Origin: a virus | Taxonomy: Duplodnaviria > Caudoviricetes | IMG/VR virus record: IMGVR_UViG_3300032261_000055 | Span: 1-29,897 of that record | Length of the DNA: 29,897 bases | Reading direction: 5' to 3' (one strand) | Shown here: positions 24,114-29,897 of the stretch, piece after piece | Layout of the letters: the number at the start of each line of letters is the position of its first letter | Position numbering within the stretch: the stretch's first letter is position 1 | Program-made: the position numbers and the translations under genes | Notes under the pieces: model-generated | What the model saw: the letters and a program-made list of their open reading frames with translations, nothing else | Database searches by the model: none | What the model was told of the DNA's origin: nothing

Positions 24114-24434
24114 CTACTTCACTTCCACGTACCCTTCCTTACCGAGTACGTGCAGGTGATACCCTACAGAATCTGATACGGTGAACTTGTCTGAACTGAT
24201 TGGGTACTTGTCTGTAACCAACTTTGTTACATCCTCTCTGGTCCACTCTCTCTTCTTGTCCGAGTGAATCACGTTGAGTATCTCTTGTCTCTGCTTTCCT
24301 TTTGCAACTGTCGGGCAACCCGGCTTCACCACATACTTGGCCAACTTAGCCGGGGTTTTCGTACCACTCTTCACCAACTCACCCTTAACTTCTGAACCAT
24401 CTGCCAAACGTACTGTAACCATCTGAATCTCCAT
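24114..24434 (-). CDS. winged-helix-like DNA-binding protein, paralogue 2
   Basis: About 70% identical to 24770..25075 by manual alignment. Confidence 0.8.
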   Translation of the reverse strand: MEIQMVTVRLADGSEVKGELVKSGTKTPAKLAKYVVKPGCPTVAKGKQRQEILNVIHSDKKREWTREDVTKLVTDKYPISSDKFTVSDSVGYHLHVLGKEGYVEVK

Positions 24435-24495
24435 CTATTCCGGATTCTCTCTACTCAAATTACCGGATTGTCCGGAATAACCATTTGATAGAACA

Positions 24496-24524
24496 ATTAT
24501 ACAATAACTGGAGAAAAAAGTACA
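24496..24524 (-). promoter_or_regulatory. promoter TGTACT-N17-TATAAT (extended TG -10 region)
   Basis: Shares AACTGG..AAGTACACAACTATTTTA with 23549-23578. Confidence 0.7.
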
Positions 24525-24593
24525 CAACTATTTTACTTTTTTTTGTGGTTCTCCAAACTAAAGTAACCTCACGCGGAGCGTGGTACCGGCTCC

Positions 24594-24707
24594 CTATGGG
24601 AGCCGGCGGTTGAGGGTCTGCAGGGCGGAGTAGACCGCGACTGCGAGGAACAGCAGGGGCAGCGAGTCTATCGCAGCCACGAGGTACGGTAACAGTGAGT
24701 TGTCCAC
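24594..24707 (-). CDS. small membrane peptide (37 aa, absent from the ORF track)
   Basis: MDNSLLPYLVAAIDSLPLLFLAVAVYSALQTLNRRLP; SD GAGGGGG; its stop lies in a hairpin. Confidence 0.5.
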   Translation of the reverse strand: MDNSLLPYLVAAIDSLPLLFLAVAVYSALQTLNRRLP

Positions 24708-24736
24708 GAGTCCCCCCTCTGGGAGTCACAGGTTAG

Positions 24737-24764
24737 GGACCCCCGGCCTCTCGACCGGGGGTCC
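24737..24764 (-). terminator. GNRA-capped hairpin after paralogue 3
   Basis: GGACCCCCGGTC-GAGA-GGCCGGGGGTCC. Confidence 0.5.
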
Positions 24765-24769
24765 GTGGG

Positions 24770-25075
24770 TTACTTTACTTCCACGTGTCCTTCCTTACCG
24801 AGCAGGTGCAGGTGGTACCCTACGGAGTCGGCTACGGGGAACTTGGTGGGGTACTTGTTGGATACGAGCTCGGCCACCGCCTCCCGTGTCCAGGCGCGCT
24901 TGGCGTCGGTGTGGAGGACGTTGAGGACTTCCTGGCGTTGCTTGCCCTTGGCAATGGTTGGGCAGCCGGGGAGCACGCGGTAGGTGGCGAGCTTGGCTGG
25001 CGTTTTGGCGGTTGACTTCACGAGCGTGCCGGTGACTTGCGTGCCGTCGGCGAGGGTGATGGTTACTTGTGACAT
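24770..25075 (-). CDS. winged-helix-like DNA-binding protein, paralogue 3
   Basis: ATG 25075 after AAGGAG; 101 aa; aligns with paralogue 2. Confidence 0.8.
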   Translation of the reverse strand: MSQVTITLADGTQVTGTLVKSTAKTPAKLATYRVLPGCPTIAKGKQRQEVLNVLHTDAKRAWTREAVAELVSNKYPTKFPVADSVGYHLHLLGKEGHVEVK

Positions 25076-25226
25076 CGTAGTCTCCTTGGTGGCCTCCCAC
25101 GTGGCCGGCCGGGTGGGCCGGTTGGGGCGGGTGGCGTATTGATTTAATATAGTAATAGTAACATATTCCGAACCGTAGAAAACGGGATTCTTAGCAACCG
25201 TCAGCCTCCGTTCCGGCCCTGGAAAG

Positions 25227-25436
25227 GTGAACTCCATGCTCTCTCCTCCGTGTTCCGAATGCGGTCAACCCGCTATCTATCTCTACGCCGATAGGTACTT
25301 TTGTCGCGCCCACCGTACCGAGGCCCTTGAGTTTGCTTCTAACTATCGGTTCCGGAAGCAAAAGTACACGGTTTTCCGCCAGCCTGGCCGGCCCTACCGA
25401 TATTCTATTAAGCGCCCCTACGGGGTTAAGTCCTAG
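25227..25436 (+). CDS. small Zn-finger protein
   Basis: CSECGQPA...YFCRAH. Confidence 0.55.
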   Translation: MNSMLSPPCSECGQPAIYLYADRYFCRAHRTEALEFASNYRFRKQKYTVFRQPGRPYRYSIKRPYGVKS

Positions 25437-25453
25437 TTTTTCGGGGGGTGAAC

Positions 25454-25747
25454 ATGCCTTCTGACGTTTTGTTTCATGGCCACCTATTGAACCGCTCGGC
25501 GATAGACGGCATACTTAGCAGCTACCGGATGACGGGGGAACATAAGACGGGGTACGAGGATGCCGAGGGTAAGGGGCCGTTCCGGTGTGATAACTGCCGG
25601 TACTTTGGGGCCCGATCCACGTGTAACCACCCGGTGATGCTGCGACACTCGCGCCAACCCGAGGCGGGAAAAGGTTGGGTGTTTGTCGACCCTGGCGGGT
25701 GCTGCTCATATATCGACCGGGGGGAGCCGCATGCCGGAAACTTTTAA
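25454..25747 (+). CDS. Cys-rich protein with HiPIP-like motif
   Basis: RCDNCRYF...TCNHP...VDPGGCCSY. Confidence 0.6.
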   Translation: MPSDVLFHGHLLNRSAIDGILSSYRMTGEHKTGYEDAEGKGPFRCDNCRYFGARSTCNHPVMLRHSRQPEAGKGWVFVDPGGCCSYIDRGEPHAGNF

Positions 25748-25761
25748 AAAGGTAGTTACTA

Positions 25762-27054
25762 ATGCCAGTATTCGCCCAGTTCGGCCAAAAGGCCCTAACG
25801 TTCGCCAAGCGGCACCCTTCAAGGGACCGGAAGTACACCTTATTAGAAGGGTCCGTGCGGTCCGGAAAAACTTTCGCTATCGATGCCAAGATGATCTTTC
25901 ACCTATGCTTCTACAAAGTCAACGGGAAACGTATCATCTGCGGTACAACAAAGCAGAACGTGTACAAGAACATTTTGATCGATTTGTTCACAGTGGTTGG
26001 GAAGAAGAACTACGCCTACAACCGGGCTACTGGCGAGTTGGAGCTCTTTGGCACCCAGTGGTTTGTTATCGGAGCGAAAGACGAGGCCTCTTACAAGCAG
26101 ATTCTTGGACTAACCGTTGGTATCGCGATATGTGACGAATGGACGGAGTTTCCGGCCTCGTTCACCAAGCAATTATTTCTGCGCATGTCGCCCCCGGGAG
26201 CGCGCCTCTATGCGTCGACTAATCCTGGAACTCCCCAGCACTACCTGTTTACAGATGTCATTCACAACTCAGCATTTGAACCTGATCTTGAAGTTATCCA
26301 CTTTACTCTGGATGACAACCCGAACATTGACCGTGCCACTAAGAGACAGATCATCGCTTCTCAGAAAGGTGTCTATTACCAACGGTACATCCTTGGACTA
26401 TGGGTGGTGGCTGAGGGGGCAATCTATCGAGATTCTTGGCACGACAAGTTCCTGTTCGATCTTGAATCTACCCCTGTAGGGTTGCATGGGAGCGGGGGCT
26501 TCACCCAGCATGTCATCGGGGTCGATTACGGGACCCATAACCCGTGCGTGTTCCTGGAGTACTACGACGACGGAGAAACAGCTTGGTTAGACCGGGAGTA
26601 CTATTGGGACTCGGTTAAACAGATGAAGCAGAAAACGGATGGCGAGTATGCTGACGATCTGGAAGAGTTCATTCGCACCAGCCGCTGTCGTGGCCGAAAC
26701 AATCCGATTATCGTGTGCGACCCTACCGCCACATCTTTCAAAGTCGAGCTCCTCCACCGCGGGTTGGTTGTTGTGGACGGGGATAACGACGTTCTCAATG
26801 GAATCCATCGAGTTAGCGAGGTCGAGAGCACCGGCCATCGTAGAGTCCATCGAGATTGTTCCGAGTGGCAACGTGAAAAAGGCCTTTATTCATGGGACGT
26901 CGACGCTGCTGAGAAGGGTGAAGAGCGCCCGCTGAAGCGGGATGATCACACGATGGATGCGGATCGTTACGCTCTCATGTATATGTTTCCTGATTGGCGT
27001 ACCCTGGATGTTATGCCGGTCGCTGAGGAGTTTGAGCTGCAACATGCGGCTTAA
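25762..27054 (+). CDS. terL: terminase large subunit (PBSX-type)
   Basis: EGSVRSGKT Walker A, AICDE Walker B, ASTNP, GVDYGTHNP and DDHTMDADRY nuclease motifs. Confidence 0.96.
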   Translation: MPVFAQFGQKALTFAKRHPSRDRKYTLLEGSVRSGKTFAIDAKMIFHLCFYKVNGKRIICGTTKQNVYKNILIDLFTVVGKKNYAYNRATGELELFGTQWFVIGAKDEASYKQILGLTVGIAICDEWTEFPASFTKQLFLRMSPPGARLYASTNPGTPQHYLFTDVIHNSAFEPDLEVIHFTLDDNPNIDRATKRQIIASQKGVYYQRYILGLWVVAEGAIYRDSWHDKFLFDLESTPVGLHGSGGFTQHVIGVDYGTHNPCVFLEYYDDGETAWLDREYYWDSVKQMKQKTDGEYADDLEEFIRTSRCRGRNNPIIVCDPTATSFKVELLHRGLVVVDGDNDVLNGIHRVSEVESTGHRRVHRDCSEWQREKGLYSWDVDAAEKGEERPLKRDDHTMDADRYALMYMFPDWRTLDVMPVAEEFELQHAA

Positions 27055-27136
27055 GGAGGTAAGCCTATGCGCTGAATCCTACAGGAGTACAAGTCAATCG
27101 AGAATAGAACCTTTTTGGGATAAATACTGAGGGCCG

Positions 27137-29299
27137 GTGGCCACCTCGCTGCCGGCCTTTAGATTCGGAGGAAACGTGCCTGAAGATAATGTTCTGCCGC
27201 TACCGGCGGATGATGATGAGAACTACATTCGTAAACCGGTCGCGATTGATTCTTACCAGAACATTCCAGCTCGACTTGGCGTCGGTGCTCCTAACCTTAT
27301 AAATACAGAGAACTACCCACTAGTTCGGCTTACTGAATCTTATCCACTGATTCTAAGCCTGTACCGGGGAAGCTGGGTAGTTCGCAAAGTCATTGATCAA
27401 GTAGCAAATGACATGTATAAAAGCTTCCCGGTCCTTGATTCTATGCTAGAGCCTGAACAGGTTCAAGCTTTCAATCACGCGATTCTGAAAACCAAGACTA
27501 TTCATCGTCTAAGAACAGCCTGCAAGTGGGGTCGGTTATTCGGGGGAGCGGGTGCGATCGTTGTAATAGACGGTCACGGTGACCTAGCTAAGCCGCTGAA
27601 GTTAAAGGATGTAGATGTAGATAGTTACAAGGGACTGATCCCGTTAGACCGGTGGTCCGGGATCATCCCTGGACCGGAGATCAATGCTGATATCAACGAT
27701 CCGGACGCCTTCGGCCTTCCAGAGTACTACAATTGTATCATGGATGCCGGTCACGTTCAGGTACACCACTCGCGAGTACTCCGGTTTACGGGTAGAGAAC
27801 TTCCTCAGTGGGAAGTTCAGCTCGAACTCTACTGGGGAATGTCTGAAGTCGAAATTATCTTTGAGGAACTCAAGAAACGCGATTATAGCTCTTGGAATAT
27901 TGTCTCCTTACTTACTCGAGCTCAGGTCATGTCCATCACGGAGCCCATGCTGGCTTCTATGATGTCTGGTGCCACGAGCACGAATAAAGGGTTCAACGGC
28001 TTTGTTGAACGTATGGAGCAGATCTCGGAGCAGCTAAATAACCAGGGGCTACTGATTCTTGGTAAGGATGGCAAGCTCGATAACTCGACTTATTCTTTTG
28101 GAGGCATCAGTGACGTTTATCATGAATTCATGAAGGATCTGGCCGCGGCTTGCGGTATCCCTTATGAAGTCATCTTTGGACGCGATAAAGGTATGGGAGA
28201 TGGCGGCGAACTCGGTAATAATGGTGGAGCCTCCATGCAACTGTACGACAACATGATTGAGGAGAAGAGAGTCAGTGAAGCCAACCCTATCATTGATAAG
28301 TTACTTCCAATCATCTGCACTTCCGTCTTCGGAGACGTACCGGATGATCTTGCTTACCACTGGGCCCCCGTTCGTGCAATTAGTGATAAAGAGCGATCGG
28401 ACCTCGGTAAAGCTCTCGTTGAGTCAGTTCTCATGGCGTACAACGCTGATCTGATCACTAAGAAAGAAGCACGTAAGGAGCTCGCTCAACAGTCTGGTAT
28501 GAATGGGCTGTTTAGTAACATTTCGGAGGAGTCGATTGCGGCGACACCGGACACCTATGCTAGTGAGACTGGAATCGGAGACCAGCCTTATGGTATGGGT
28601 GGGGGAGGAGAGGCGCCTGGGGCTGCACCTGGATTGCCTCCTCTCGGACAAGGGGCGGGTACTGGCGCTCCAGGCACTCCTGGCGCTGGCCCACCTCCCG
28701 GTGGAGCTCTGCCTCCTCCTGCTCCTGGTGGAGCTGAGCCTAGAGTTGCGGCTCGTCAATCAGGTGGCAACCCTAAGGCCGAACATATCGGTACACGAGA
28801 AGGTGAACAGTTACCCGTGGAAGCTAAACCAATAGGAGTGACTGGTTTGAAATGGCACAAGAGCAAGAGAATCACTCGTCCTGAAGAGACTCATAAAGCC
28901 GGTGGACCACCGGCTGCACCTGCTACTCCTCCACCGTCTCAGCCTGGAGCGCGGATTCAAGGGTCTGGTGGAGACTTAGGTACTGCTGGTGCCACCAATA
29001 CTACGAATACGAAATCCTTACGTCAGTCCTTGGCCCATTCAATCAAACACTTGACTAAGAAGATCACTGGCAATAAGGAAGAGGAAAAAACTCCCCCGCG
29101 CCAATTAGTAGGAGGCCCAACACCAGCGCCTGGCACAGTAGCTACTGGTAAGGCTCCTGAGGAACCGCAAGCTCGGGCTACCGAGGAAGAAGGAAAAGAA
29201 GAGCCGAAGAGAGATGAGAAGGGCCGCCGGACTTTTTCAGGAGCGGCTCTAGGCTTAGCTGAACCTATGAGGCCCCCCAATAAAAAAGAGGAAGAGTAG
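27137..29299 (+). CDS. portal protein (DUF1073-type) with long Pro/Gly-rich C-terminal extension
   Basis: LYRGSWVVRKVID, WGRLFGGA, VHHSRVLRFTG, WGMSE and ACGIP..IFG motifs; directly follows terL. Confidence 0.9.
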   Translation: MATSLPAFRFGGNVPEDNVLPLPADDDENYIRKPVAIDSYQNIPARLGVGAPNLINTENYPLVRLTESYPLILSLYRGSWVVRKVIDQVANDMYKSFPVLDSMLEPEQVQAFNHAILKTKTIHRLRTACKWGRLFGGAGAIVVIDGHGDLAKPLKLKDVDVDSYKGLIPLDRWSGIIPGPEINADINDPDAFGLPEYYNCIMDAGHVQVHHSRVLRFTGRELPQWEVQLELYWGMSEVEIIFEELKKRDYSSWNIVSLLTRAQVMSITEPMLASMMSGATSTNKGFNGFVERMEQISEQLNNQGLLILGKDGKLDNSTYSFGGISDVYHEFMKDLAAACGIPYEVIFGRDKGMGDGGELGNNGGASMQLYDNMIEEKRVSEANPIIDKLLPIICTSVFGDVPDDLAYHWAPVRAISDKERSDLGKALVESVLMAYNADLITKKEARKELAQQSGMNGLFSNISEESIAATPDTYASETGIGDQPYGMGGGGEAPGAAPGLPPLGQGAGTGAPGTPGAGPPPGGALPPPAPGGAEPRVAARQSGGNPKAEHIGTREGEQLPVEAKPIGVTGLKWHKSKRITRPEETHKAGGPPAAPATPPPSQPGARIQGSGGDLGTAGATNTTNTKSLRQSLAHSIKHLTKKITGNKEEEKTPPRQLVGGPTPAPGTVATGKAPEEPQARATEEEGKEEPKRDEKGRRTFSGAALGLAEPMRPPNKKEEE

Positions 29300-29517
29300 T
29301 GAGGCTGTTGTTTCTAGGGACACTGTTTCTTGGGTTATTGTGCGGTTGTCACCACTCACCTTTGATCATCATTGTAGCTGGTAAGAATGTGGTTGTTGAT
29401 ACTCAGAAACAGTCACTGGATAAGGGAGCTAAGGGAACTCAATTAGAGGGAACTAGCAAAACCAAGGGAACTCAGTCAGAGGAAACTAAACAGTGTCCCA
29501 CGGAGAAACAACCATGA
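29299..29517 (+). CDS. small lipoprotein
   Basis: Signal peptide with lipobox LCGC. Confidence 0.6.
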   Translation: MRLLFLGTLFLGLLCGCHHSPLIIIVAGKNVVVDTQKQSLDKGAKGTQLEGTSKTKGTQSEETKQCPTEKQP

Positions 29518-29777
29518 TGACTGTGCTGTTACTTATGCTTGTCCTCCAGATACCTGACTGTCCTTGTGCTCAACCTAATGTTCACCGAGCTGTAGAGGAC
29601 ATTAACTCAATCAATAAGAGCCTAGATGACATTGAGAAGCATGTTCAGGAAAACTCGATTCGTTTAGCTAAATACGATGAAAGAACAAGAGTAGTAGCCA
29701 TCGTTCTAGGCTTGTTAGTTACGGCGAGTGCGGCGTTTCAGGTCGTGCACCGTAGTAAATCAGATAAACCAAAGTAA
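29514..29777 (+). CDS. membrane protein with signal-like N-terminus, coiled coil and C-terminal transmembrane segment
   Basis: ATGA overlap; VVAIVLGLLVTASAAFQVV hydrophobic segment. Confidence 0.6.
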   Translation: MMTVLLLMLVLQIPDCPCAQPNVHRAVEDINSINKSLDDIEKHVQENSIRLAKYDERTRVVAIVLGLLVTASAAFQVVHRSKSDKPK

Positions 29778-29785
29778 TTTCTTTG

Positions 29786-29815
29786 TTTACTTCTGTTATC
29801 GGAAAATATTATAAT
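29786..29815 (+). promoter_or_regulatory. promoter TTTACT-N18-TATAAT with degenerate operator (TTCTGTTATCGGAA)
   Basis: Same architecture as 18857-18886; SD AAGGAGG and a GTG start follow at ~29866. Confidence 0.65.
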
Positions 29816-29897
29816 ATAATAGAGGAGAATAAAACTTTTTGACTATCAAACCCAAAGGAGGCGAAGTGTTTAGTTTACCTCCTGTTGGTGTGAACCA

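Noticed and set aside
24114-25075. Paralogues 2 and 3 as a diversity-generating retroelement TR/VR pair
   Set aside because: Differences are not confined to adenines (TTG/CTC, GGT/GGC), there is an indel, and no reverse transcriptase is in the window.
27137-29299. Anti-CBASS Acb1 annotation sometimes attached to DUF1073 proteins
   Set aside because: No 2H phosphoesterase HxT/S pair is evident in the C-terminal extension; position and motifs indicate a portal.
1-29897. Stop-codon reassignment
   Set aside because: Long genes are intact under code 11. TAG in paralogue 2 aligns with TAA in paralogue 3, and TGA is used in many ATGA overlaps.

Overview
A 29.9-kb segment of a tailed dsDNA phage or prophage (Caudoviricetes-like). 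About 1-20.5 kb is leftward (minus strand). It holds a replication/repair module (UvrD-like SF1 helicase, AEP primase with a PriCT-like domain, putative SSB, SNF2-type helicase, FkbM methyltransferase, DenV-like glycosylase, two HNH endonucleases, HTH and RHH regulators) and about 35 small early ORFs. A non-coding switch region at ~20.5-21.5 kb precedes the rightward packaging genes: putative terS, PBSX-type terL, and a DUF1073-type portal with a long Pro/Gly tail. terS and terL are split by a ~3.3-kb opposite-strand island of three repeated units (promoter, winged-helix paralogue, GNRA hairpin, cargo). Other features read directly from the sequence: an operator palindrome CCGATATCGG inside TTTAC(A/T)-N18-TAnnAT promoters, three 29-bp GGTAACAT-N13-ATGTTACC sites, a three-hairpin element present twice in inverted orientation 15 kb apart, CATCACCGT repeats, and several unannotated small ORFs. 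No rRNA, tRNA, CRISPR array, integrase or DNA polymerase was seen. All product calls come from motif recognition by eye; no database search was run.
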